Part shown: piece after piece, positions 1 to 8,063 of the stretch
Layout of the letters: the number at the start of each line of letters is the position of its first letter
Position numbering within the stretch: the stretch's first letter is position 1
DNA from: a virus
Virus record (IMG/VR): IMGVR_UViG_3300008952_000006
Span: 96,001-160,000 of that record
Direction: 5' to 3' (one strand)
Length of the DNA stretch: 64,000 bases
Program-made: the position numbers and the translations under genes
The notes under the pieces: model-generated
The model's database searches: none
The model's input: the letters and a program-made list of their open reading frames with translations, nothing else
Told to the model about the DNA's origin: nothing

Positions 1-3000
1 CAAGCATTGGCGAAAGCAGCATTTGTTGAAGTTGCGCCCAAGAAGGTTTTACGCCAGCACTCTCCATAGCTTTTAACTTATTGCCACTCTTATCGAGGAG
101 TTTTTTGGCCTCCACGCTCATGGCTTTAGATGCGGCAGTGTAGAGATCAACAAGCTTGGCGTCTCCCGCCTCCCTCGAAATCATGTTCAGGCCTACCTGT
201 TTTTGTATCACAGATTCTTGCTTACGAGCGACCGCCATATGCTTTTCTCGGATATCCCTTAGAGACTTGAAATCGTCAAGACCAAAGGAGAAACCAATAT
301 TGTATGCGTGACCAAACCCTAACTCTTTTATCTTATCAGCAGTATCCGCAAACTCTGCTGGTGTCTTCGTCGCGATGTCATGTAGTATATTTTGTAGTAG
401 TTTTTTATCCACAACAGCGGTTGGATCTGTCAGGTAGCGGTCTGACTGAACTTTCTTAGGTAGCTTGCTATTAAAAATAATACGGCCTGCGGTCGTTTTG
501 GACGCTCCGACCTGGACAACATCGCTCATGCTGATGTTTCCTTCTTTTGCGTCTTTAAGGGCATCTTTCGAGTTTCGGTATGACTTTTTCACATCCTTGC
601 CCCACTTAGTAAGCAGGTAGAGTCCAAGCTGTCCCTCCAGGGTAGGTTGGTACATTACCCGCCCTGTTGCGGGGTTAAACAAGTTCTTAGATGGCATCAT
701 CTTGTAAGACTCGTCTACTGCCTCCTGCGAAACCGGAACAAACACAGCCATAGTATCCCCGTCAAAATCAGCATTAAACCCACCCACCACAAGAGGGTGG
801 ATATGAATTGCTGACTCTTTATGGAGACGTGGCTTAAAAGCCATAATCCCAAACTTATGGAGGACGGGGTCTCTTTTGAAGAGAACAGGACGCTTACTGA
901 CTGCAACATCCAGCGCTTTGTTTGCTAGGGTGGTGTTCTTCTCCACCTCTTCCCGTGCCTTCAGAGGGGAGTACCCCATCTTCACAAGCTCTTTGACCAC
1001 GAAGGGCCGGTAAATCTTCATGGCCCCTTTTCTGGGTAGGCCCATCTCATCCAGGTGTAAGTTCATGTCAGGAACGATGACAGAGCGCATACTGATGTCT
1101 TGCCGTCTATCTACGAGCCTCTGTAGAAAGAAACTCTGCTTAGGGCTGGATCTCCCTGAGAGTATATGGAGTATGCCTGGGGGAGCGGGCTGCCCGTCAA
1201 CCGTGACGCTACCCTGGGTGGCTGTTTGAACCCCCATCAAGGCCTCTGTGGCCTCGTACAAGTCACTCCGCAAACCGGCCACCGCGCTCTCTGGAAGAAC
1301 TCCTTTGGCTTCATCAAGCTTCTTGTTTAGCAGGGCGATATCTCGGTAGAGCATGTTAACGCCGTCGATGTTTAGGTCCCCGCCCTCCATTGCCGTGATC
1401 GGCCTAAACAGGGGCGGTAGTACGGGCACGTTATCTATTACGTAAGCTTCCTCAGCGCTCAGCTTGTTTTTCTGTAGCATCAAGAGGTATTTAATCTTCT
1501 TGTTTACGCGGTCCAGGTCACTGCGCCGAGCTGTCTTAATCTGCTCTTTAGCGGCGGCCAGATCCCCTTCTATATCTACAGAAGACAACCTTAGAGCAAG
1601 GGCGGACGGTCCAGACGCAGTGTCTTCTGTGGCCTCAACCAGATTGCCCTCGGAGTCGAAGCCAAGCTTGCTTGCTATAATCGCGTCATACTCCTTGCCA
1701 GTCAGCCCTAAGAGAGACCGAATACCTTTTTCAAACACAGGGTTTGGTAGGGACGAGGCAAGCGCTATGTGGGACCAGTTTTTCCCCCCAGGCCCACCAG
1801 TGATATCCTCATCAAAAAGACCCCCCTTTTCAGGCTTTAGATCCTTTCCTCGGATAACGCGACTGCCATCCTTTATCTCACCGCTAGACATAGCCACAAT
1901 CTGCTTGTCTGTAAGAGGTGAAACAATGAGACCGTTTCCATCCTTCTCAACGTTCAACCCAAGAGCATTCATGTACGCTAGGAACTTCTCATAGGCAAAT
2001 GACGGCTTTGGCGACGGCAATATGGCACCAGTCTGGATCGCGGTCCAAACCTCGTCTTGGGCCTTGTCTCCCTTGTATGTAAGAGCATCTCTGATATTGG
2101 CCGTTGCGCCATGAGCAAGCATAGCGTAGAGGCCAAGCTCACCAAACCTTTGGGCCCCACCAGTTTTACCGCCGCTCTTAGGCACAAGATTGGCATCGTA
2201 GTCATAGCCATAACCATGAGACCTAGCGCTTAACTTCTTGTCCACTTGGTGCATCAGCTTAAGAAAGTACTGGTGACCAACCAAAACCGTGCCAAGACTT
2301 TTCCCTGTTTCGGGGTCAAAAAGTTCACGGGTCTCCGAGAGCCCCGCACCCTTCAGAGCAGCGTCTACCGCATCACGGTAACCCAACTCACGCTCATGCT
2401 CCTTAACCTCTACCTTCTTGGGGCCTGACTTTGTCTGTATGGTCCGAGTGTGTGCTTTAACACGGATTACCTTCTTTCGGTCATCTGACTGAAAGTTCTC
2501 AACCGCGTAGGGCTCACCGTTAGCAGCGGCAACATTCCCTAAAGCAGTCTCTAAAACTTGGCCTGGGTTGATCCGGCCAGGAACCCCAGAAGGGTTTAGG
2601 GCGATCTGGAGGGCGTTCCCATCAGAATCTTTGGGCATCTCCTCATCCGGTATTACAGCCGTGATGACCCCTTTATTCCCGTGGCGGCCAGATAATTTAT
2701 CACCAATGTCTGCGGGTTCTTCTGTCTTGACATGCACCAAGACCTCTCGCCCATTGCGAACGACGTCAGTAACCTCGCCACGATAGGGTTTATCCCAAAC
2801 AACTGACTTGTTCTTATAGGGACGCACCAATGACTTGTGTATGCCACGTAGAAGTAACTGTTCCTTGGAGGGCTCAACCTTCTGCAGGACTGTTGTGATT
2901 ACGTCCCCAGGGTTGACGATCTCACCCTTCTTGATGACTCCGTCAGCATCTAGCTTGGTGGCGTTTTCCTCTGAGATCGAACCTGGGTAATGCGCACGAA

Positions 3001-5029
3001 ACTTCTTAAGGCCCAGAAGCATGGTTTTGTCTACATAGGCGCGTTCTTTGTGCAGGTGGACACTTGTTAATTTCTCTGACGCAGACTCACTAATAACTAT
3101 ACCATCCTCAAACACCAGCCCCTTGTATGGTAAGTAGCCCACCCGCAAGTTCGTTCCCAAGGCCAAGGTTCCATTATTAGTGAAATTAGTATCAGCAATG
3201 ATTTGGCCCTCGGAAACCCTATCGCCCTTCTTAACTAAGGAGTTGCTGGTAATAAAGGCCTTCTTGTCATTAAGGGGGAAGTTATCGTATAGCTGCACGT
3301 CATGTTTCTTCCCGTCTGCGCTTTTTATGATGACCTTCGAGGAAGATACAGAAGACACAAAGCCGGAAACAGGTGATGAGTGCGACGTAAACCGACCCAC
3401 AATCTTCTCCCAAGTAGAGTAATCCTCATGCTTGTTACCAGACACAACCTGCACCAGTGGCTGCTCTGGGTTTTTTAAAGAGATAGACTGTGAAAGATGC
3501 CGAGTGGCCATGCCTGCCCGGTTTGCTTGATCCGAGGGTAAAAAAGGAACCAGATTAGCAGTAATAGAAAACATCTGCTTGGGTGACTCTAGTACATAGT
3601 CAACTTGGTCTGCCGCGACCTTGCTGGGGTCTTCACCGCCAGCAGGAATGACCACCACGTGATCGCTCTTCGGAGTGAGCGATTTGTTGGGGCCCTTTGA
3701 GTACTGATCCGAGAAGGCCACGTTCCCTACCGACAGCTCAGATGGGGACTTCTCGACGTATTTTCCCGCGTTAACATCGAATACCCTTATCCGTGGCGTT
3801 ACGCCCTTTTTACGGACCCCAAGGGAAAGGTGCCCACTAATGCCTGACCGTTTTCCTTCCGGGGTGTGTACTGGGTCGATAAACCCTAGAAAACTTGAGT
3901 CAATAAGCTTGGCCTCTTCCGAGATTGCTGCATCGCTCTGGATCCCCCCAGTACCCATAATGGTAGTTCGTAAGAAGCCGCCCATCATATCTACGGGGTT
4001 AACTTGGGATGTTTGTTGGGATAAGGACGTTGATGTAAAGAAAGCCTTGATGGGTACGTTAAAGATGTCGGGCGTCACAATGGCCCTGACGTTATCTTTA
4101 CGGTCCAGATTGTTCATCATCTTGTACGTGATTCTTCTCTTGGAATTCTGGATACGCTCAGGGATATGATTGTCAATTGACCAAAGCTCTTTAAATTGCA
4201 GCGAGTCGCGATTATCAACTTGAGCAGTGCCTTTGTTTATATCTACTAATTTCTGAGAAGATGCTAGAAGGGCCCCGCCTGTTACCGAGCTAAAGGCTTG
4301 GCCTAGCGTAACGGCAGTCGTGTCCTCTCGCAGACCCGTGTCCTTGAGCACCTCTTGTATGACGGGGGTTGCTTCCGCATCAGTTTTTACAGGCACGTTC
4401 CTGGCTAGGGCTCTGGATAGCTTAACAAGCTCGCCTCTTTTCTTTGCAGCCACAGCGCTCGTATACAGCTCTGGGCCCCAGGAAGACCGTATCGTATCGT
4501 CATCTACGCCCAGGGCCTGCAAGACTGGGAGGAGTTGGACATTTGTTGAGCCGTAAGACATCAAAAATCTTCGTTTGGTTGGGTCAAAACCAAGCCGGAA
4601 ACCGCGCCCTTTAGTTAAGTTGAACTGGGACTCGAGGTCACCGTTTGCCTTACGTCTGGCATAAACACCGGACTTCAAGCGCCACTGGTTGTCCGCTTGA
4701 TATTCTGTCCCGTCTATGATGTAGCTATATCTGCGTGTGATCTTTGGGAGGTTTAGTACCTTGAGTTTTTTATTGGAACTGACGACCTTCCCTGTCGCGT
4801 TGTCAACAAGAGAAAAATCACCAAAGATACCTTGCGCCCAGGTGCGGCCTCGGAGACGCGCCTTCTTCTGGCTTGCGATGTCGTCCTCATCCACAGGGTC
4901 ACCAACGTATATTTCCTTGGCCACAAGTGTGTGCTTCTTCCCTACCAAGGGAAAGAACCGTTTAATTTCTTCTATCGTCCCGTCTTCAAGGGTTTTCATC
5001 ACCCTCTGGGGATCGAGCACATTAGACAT
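1..5029 (-). CDS. rpoBC: Fused DNA-directed RNA polymerase beta-beta' subunit (partial, >=1676 aa, continues past left edge)
   Basis: Translated by hand in segments from ATG 5029 (SD GGAGGG upstream). All segments are in one frame, and the track lists no terminated long ORF in that frame. Beta motifs: YIIDGTEYQADNQW, FIDPVHTPEG, LVPFLPSDQANRAGM, GDKLSGRHGNKG, LNPSGVPGRINPGQ, GAQRFGELG. Beta' motifs follow: KPEKGGLFD, PVLPPLFRP, RDPVLH, and the catalytic FNADFDGD (NADFDGD at 755-775). Confidence 0.96.
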   Translation of the reverse strand, partial: MSNVLDPQRVMKTLEDGTIEEIKRFFPLVGKKHTLVAKEIYVGDPVDEDDIASQKKARLRGRTWAQGIFGDFSLVDNATGKVVSSNKKLKVLNLPKITRRYSYIIDGTEYQADNQWRLKSGVYARRKANGDLESQFNLTKGRGFRLGFDPTKRRFLMSYGSTNVQLLPVLQALGVDDDTIRSSWGPELYTSAVAAKKRGELVKLSRALARNVPVKTDAEATPVIQEVLKDTGLREDTTAVTLGQAFSSVTGGALLASSQKLVDINKGTAQVDNRDSLQFKELWSIDNHIPERIQNSKRRITYKMMNNLDRKDNVRAIVTPDIFNVPIKAFFTSTSLSQQTSQVNPVDMMGGFLRTTIMGTGGIQSDAAISEEAKLIDSSFLGFIDPVHTPEGKRSGISGHLSLGVRKKGVTPRIRVFDVNAGKYVEKSPSELSVGNVAFSDQYSKGPNKSLTPKSDHVVVIPAGGEDPSKVAADQVDYVLESPKQMFSITANLVPFLPSDQANRAGMATRHLSQSISLKNPEQPLVQVVSGNKHEDYSTWEKIVGRFTSHSSPVSGFVSSVSSSKVIIKSADGKKHDVQLYDNFPLNDKKAFITSNSLVKKGDRVSEGQIIADTNFTNNGTLALGTNLRVGYLPYKGLVFEDGIVISESASEKLTSVHLHKERAYVDKTMLLGLKKFRAHYPGSISEENATKLDADGVIKKGEIVNPGDVITTVLQKVEPSKEQLLLRGIHKSLVRPYKNKSVVWDKPYRGEVTDVVRNGREVLVHVKTEEPADIGDKLSGRHGNKGVITAVIPDEEMPKDSDGNALQIALNPSGVPGRINPGQVLETALGNVAAANGEPYAVENFQSDDRKKVIRVKAHTRTIQTKSGPKKVEVKEHERELGYRDAVDAALKGAGLSETRELFDPETGKSLGTVLVGHQYFLKLMHQVDKKLSARSHGYGYDYDANLVPKSGGKTGGAQRFGELGLYAMLAHGATANIRDALTYKGDKAQDEVWTAIQTGAILPSPKPSFAYEKFLAYMNALGLNVEKDGNGLIVSPLTDKQIVAMSSGEIKDGSRVIRGKDLKPEKGGLFDEDITGGPGGKNWSHIALASSLPNPVFEKGIRSLLGLTGKEYDAIIASKLGFDSEGNLVEATEDTASGPSALALRLSSVDIEGDLAAAKEQIKTARRSDLDRVNKKIKYLLMLQKNKLSAEEAYVIDNVPVLPPLFRPITAMEGGDLNIDGVNMLYRDIALLNKKLDEAKGVLPESAVAGLRSDLYEATEALMGVQTATQGSVTVDGQPAPPGILHILSGRSSPKQSFFLQRLVDRRQDISMRSVIVPDMNLHLDEMGLPRKGAMKIYRPFVVKELVKMGYSPLKAREEVEKNTTLANKALDVAVSKRPVLFKRDPVLHKFGIMAFKPRLHKESAIHIHPLVVGGFNADFDGDTMAVFVPVSQEAVDESYKMMPSKNLFNPATGRVMYQPTLEGQLGLYLLTKWGKDVKKSYRNSKDALKDAKEGNISMSDVVQVGASKTTAGRIIFNSKLPKKVQSDRYLTDPTAVVDKKLLQNILHDIATKTPAEFADTADKIKELGFGHAYNIGFSFGLDDFKSLRDIREKHMAVARKQESVIQKQVGLNMISREAGDAKLVDLYTAASKAMSVEAKKLLDKSGNKLKAMESAGVKPSWAQLQQMLLSPML

Positions 5030-5062
5030 CCGTCCCTCCGTGCTAACACGGTGCGTTAGTTA

Positions 5063-5070
5063 GGTATAAG
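5063..5070 (+). promoter_or_regulatory. Candidate phage promoter motif GGTATAAG (copy 1)
   Basis: The same motif precedes all three plus-strand transcription units (5063, 9076, 25038). Promoter function is inferred. Confidence 0.45.
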
Positions 5071-5074
5071 AACT

Positions 5075-5197
5075 ATGGGCAATATAGCCCTCATAAGAAA
5101 AGGAGTACTGTTGATGAGAGAAGCAAGCAAAACCACGCAAGCCTCGACAACCGAGGATCTGGCAGACGCAGTCGAAAAATCCCTGAGCGGTAAGTAA
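5075..5197 (+). CDS. Small hypothetical protein (40 aa; alternative start 5114 after AAGGAG)
   Basis: MGNIALIRKGVLLMREASK...KSLSGK*. Lies directly after the motif and ends 3 nt before the next ORF; below the ORF-track cutoff. Confidence 0.35.
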   Translation: MGNIALIRKGVLLMREASKTTQASTTEDLADAVEKSLSGK

Positions 5198-5200
5198 AAG

Positions 5201-5416
5201 TTGAAGACTGTAAAAAAGATCCAGTGCTTTATAAAGAGTGGTTGGTGCCGAACGCCAGCCAACTGTGGCGAATGCGAGTACTTTCTGGACCATAAAATAA
5301 ACCGTTGGGTTTGCGTCAAATGTCTTAAACATAACGATGCAACCTCCAGCTTTTTCCAGAAGGGGCGGTGTGACCGCTGCGAAAAGTCATCAGCGATATT
5401 GGTTTGTGTAGGTTAA
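5201..5416 (+). CDS. Small Cys-rich putative zinc-binding protein (71 aa)
   Basis: Three CxxC motifs (CGEC, CVKC, CDRC) plus further Cys. Fills the gap between RNAP and portal; its stop overlaps the portal stop (TTAA). Confidence 0.5.
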   Translation: MKTVKKIQCFIKSGWCRTPANCGECEYFLDHKINRWVCVKCLKHNDATSSFFQKGRCDRCEKSSAILVCVG

Positions 5417-7380
5417 ATCTGTGCACTACCGGGTCCTGATCTAGGTGGTAACTTGTCTGGTAGTGGTTGCATGGGAGCCATGCCCCCTCCAGACAAAGCG
5501 TTATTCACCAGCATATACAAATCCGGGTTCGCGGCACGTAACTGTGCCAGAACCCGGTACCTTTCCACTTCATTCATCTTTTTTAGCTCGGAGGTCATTT
5601 TGCGAGCCTGGGCAAAAAGATCAACCATGGGGCTCTGTGTGGCCTGGACCGGACTCTGCGCTACGCCTTGGACCACGCCCCCCGCTGCCTCTTGCCCCTG
5701 CGCCTGCTCTGGAGCAGGTTGTTGTTGTTGCTCTGCCCCAGCCTGCTGCTCTGCCCCAGCCTGTTGTTGATCGGGGGAGCCGCCTTGCTGTTCTGCCCCG
5801 GGCGGAGGGCCGTACTGTTGCTGCATTTTTGCTTGGTTTTCTTGTTGCATGTTCTGGGATTGGATCTGATACCGAGTCTGGATAAGCATGGCTTCGCCCT
5901 GCGCCTCTGTTTGCTTAATCTGCTGCTCGCGTTGGGTGAGGTTAAGTCGTTGGGATTCCTTGTTTATGAGATCCTGCTCAGTGTCAAAGTTGTAGTCCCT
6001 AGATTGCAAGAAGGTTCTACGACTAATCATCCCCGCGTTAGCAAGGTTCATATCAAAAGAGGCCCGCTGAATATCATCAGCCATCTTGAAGGGCTTGAAT
6101 TTTAAACCGATCTTAGGGAGATTCAAAAACTGAGAAACGCGGTCTCGGATAAACTCAACACACCGAAGCATGTCTTGCCTATTGCCCAGGAACTCGTTTT
6201 CCAGGGCACGCAAGTTTACCGAAGCGCCCGAGTACTGGGCCTCGCCATAAAAGAAGCCCGTAGGGACACCCATCCCCGCGATGATTTGGTCGGAGTAAAC
6301 CCGTAGCTCTTGGTGCAGCAGGAGACTCCTGCCTTGACCACCAATCATTTGGTACCCGATAGGGACGGGCATAACAGGGATATGGTTATTGTCTTGCCGC
6401 CAGCGCTTTATCTGATGCTGAACTTCCTTCTGCCAGTCCGCTAAGTTGATTTGGGCATAAGGATTATTACCATCAGTCGATACCTGCGGAAACATAACCC
6501 GCATAGGGACAATATGCTCCAGGGCCACAGCTTCCTGGGCTTTTCGTAGTATCTGTAGAAAGAAGATGTCCTTTAGAACCGGAAGGATAAGGGGTGCTCC
6601 CCAACCGCTATCGGAGGGCTCACGAGAAATAGACGGCCTGCGACTGTGGAAGATCTTGGAGCTGTCTAGAAGGACAGACCTTTTCTTCCGTAAGGAGTCA
6701 ATAAAAGCTTGGGGAATCGTCTCCAACACATCAGGCTTGCCGAGGGTGATGTCGTTCTTCAATGTCCGGGGCATTTTATAGTAATAGAGGTAACGGCCAG
6801 TTATCTCATTGTATTTTATAGTAATATGCTTTGGGTTCCAGCGGATAAGGCGTATTTTAACAGCTGCCTTAACGGGCTCATCAACCACTTTCGCGGGTCC
6901 GTGGTGGTTGCATTGGGGGCAGTCAAAATGGAACTGGTAACCCTTCCACTTGTAGCCAGCTTTTTTAGCGGGCGCGCTGTGCCCGCAAGAGGTGCAGTGA
7001 AGAACTTTTGTGAACGGAAACGCCACAGAGACAAAAGAATTTCCATATGTATATCGATCAAGATTGACTTCAATCAAAAATGACCGCAGCAGAAACTGCT
7101 TCTCAAACAAGTCCTTATACGCCCCCACTAGACCAACATTATCATCTTCGTAAACCAAGTCCGTGATCGGATAAGTTGCTAATTTCTGGGTTACTGCATT
7201 TATAAGCGGATTGGTAAGCTGGTAGTAATGGCACCAGTCAAAGGTATCTTTGATGGTTTTAGGTATGTAATTTTTGGCAACGTCAAAGAACGGGCTAGGG
7301 TAAAAGGACTCCGGGCGGCCAACAGACTTTGCTCGAGAACTTGCGGAAGATAGGCCATACCTCTGTGATCCGTAATCCAT
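5413..7380 (-). CDS. Probable phage portal protein with zinc-ribbon insertion and Q/A/G/P-rich C-terminal tail
   Basis: Portal-like order of motifs: NPLINAVTQKLATYPI, LDRYTYGNSFV, IRLIRWNP, IFHSR..GWGAPLILPVL, DQIIAGMGVP..F..G, GMISRRT. Insert CTSC...CPQC. Confidence 0.7.
   Translation of the reverse strand: MDYGSQRYGLSSASSRAKSVGRPESFYPSPFFDVAKNYIPKTIKDTFDWCHYYQLTNPLINAVTQKLATYPITDLVYEDDNVGLVGAYKDLFEKQFLLRSFLIEVNLDRYTYGNSFVSVAFPFTKVLHCTSCGHSAPAKKAGYKWKGYQFHFDCPQCNHHGPAKVVDEPVKAAVKIRLIRWNPKHITIKYNEITGRYLYYYKMPRTLKNDITLGKPDVLETIPQAFIDSLRKKRSVLLDSSKIFHSRRPSISREPSDSGWGAPLILPVLKDIFFLQILRKAQEAVALEHIVPMRVMFPQVSTDGNNPYAQINLADWQKEVQHQIKRWRQDNNHIPVMPVPIGYQMIGGQGRSLLLHQELRVYSDQIIAGMGVPTGFFYGEAQYSGASVNLRALENEFLGNRQDMLRCVEFIRDRVSQFLNLPKIGLKFKPFKMADDIQRASFDMNLANAGMISRRTFLQSRDYNFDTEQDLINKESQRLNLTQREQQIKQTEAQGEAMLIQTRYQIQSQNMQQENQAKMQQQYGPPPGAEQQGGSPDQQQAGAEQQAGAEQQQQPAPEQAQGQEAAGGVVQGVAQSPVQATQSPMVDLFAQARKMTSELKKMNEVERYRVLAQLRAANPDLYMLVNNALSGGGMAPMQPLPDKLPPRSGPGSAQI
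5730..5765. repeat. 18-bp tandem duplication inside portal tail (encodes QQAGAE twice)
   Basis: gctctgccccagcctgct followed by gctctgccccagcctgtt. Confidence 0.75.
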
Positions 7381-7391
7381 CTATACACCCC

Positions 7392-8063
7392 TCATGGAAG
7401 CAGCTTCTTAATTTGTACAAGAAGAGATCCAGAGGCCGCTTCTAGGAAATCTTTAACAGAGGTAGACTTCATAATTTGAACGTCGTCCTCATTTTTTCCA
7501 TTAAACATGGGCTTCCTTTTCATGTCTAATGCTCTTTTTACTTTATCTTGCTGGGAAGAATTAATAAATTCTACAAGATATGGGTTACTTGGTTCAAGCG
7601 ATCCCGGCCCGTAAGAGAGGCCGTAGTCTAGCATAACGGCAGCAACGTACTTGTAAACCTCCGAAGAAATTTCTGCATCTTCACGCAATTGGGACATTAT
7701 ATCTAGGGCTAAGGCTGCTCTATGGGGGGTAGGTCTTTGTACGATATCGAACTTGGGAGTTAATCCCACAAACCCCAGGACCACTTTTTCAAAGATCTCC
7801 CAGCGATTATACGGGGAGTCTGAGACATGGCAGGTCCTGATAGCCTGTATTTTGTTCCGGTTTACCTCAGAAATGGTTGTTCCCCAGGACCGTCCAATCT
7901 CGAGCCAGCACGTTTCCGGTTCCCAGCCAAGATATTCGGACCCAAACTCCCGAAGGAGCATTAGGTTGAGAACAAGTGGATGAGTCTCGCGATTCGTAAA
8001 AGCTTGCCTGGGAGTTTGCGGCCCCGTGCTGGCAACAAGATGTGGATTAGTAGTTATGGTCAT
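7392..8063 (-). CDS. Hypothetical protein (223 aa), head-assembly neighbourhood
   Basis: Long ORF tightly coupled to its neighbours; no recognised motif. Confidence 0.8.
   Translation of the reverse strand: MTITTNPHLVASTGPQTPRQAFTNRETHPLVLNLMLLREFGSEYLGWEPETCWLEIGRSWGTTISEVNRNKIQAIRTCHVSDSPYNRWEIFEKVVLGFVGLTPKFDIVQRPTPHRAALALDIMSQLREDAEISSEVYKYVAAVMLDYGLSYGPGSLEPSNPYLVEFINSSQQDKVKRALDMKRKPMFNGKNEDDVQIMKSTSVKDFLEAASGSLLVQIKKLLP

Noticed and set aside
1-5029. Interpretation as a host chromosomal rpoBC locus or a prophage boundary
   Set aside because: No ribosomal protein neighbours, strong divergence, loss of the zinc finger, and direct linkage to portal and phage genes.
715-5063. Short ORFs listed by the track over the first 5 kb
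   Set aside because: Shadow frames of the unlisted beta-beta' gene, which occupies the region with clear motifs.
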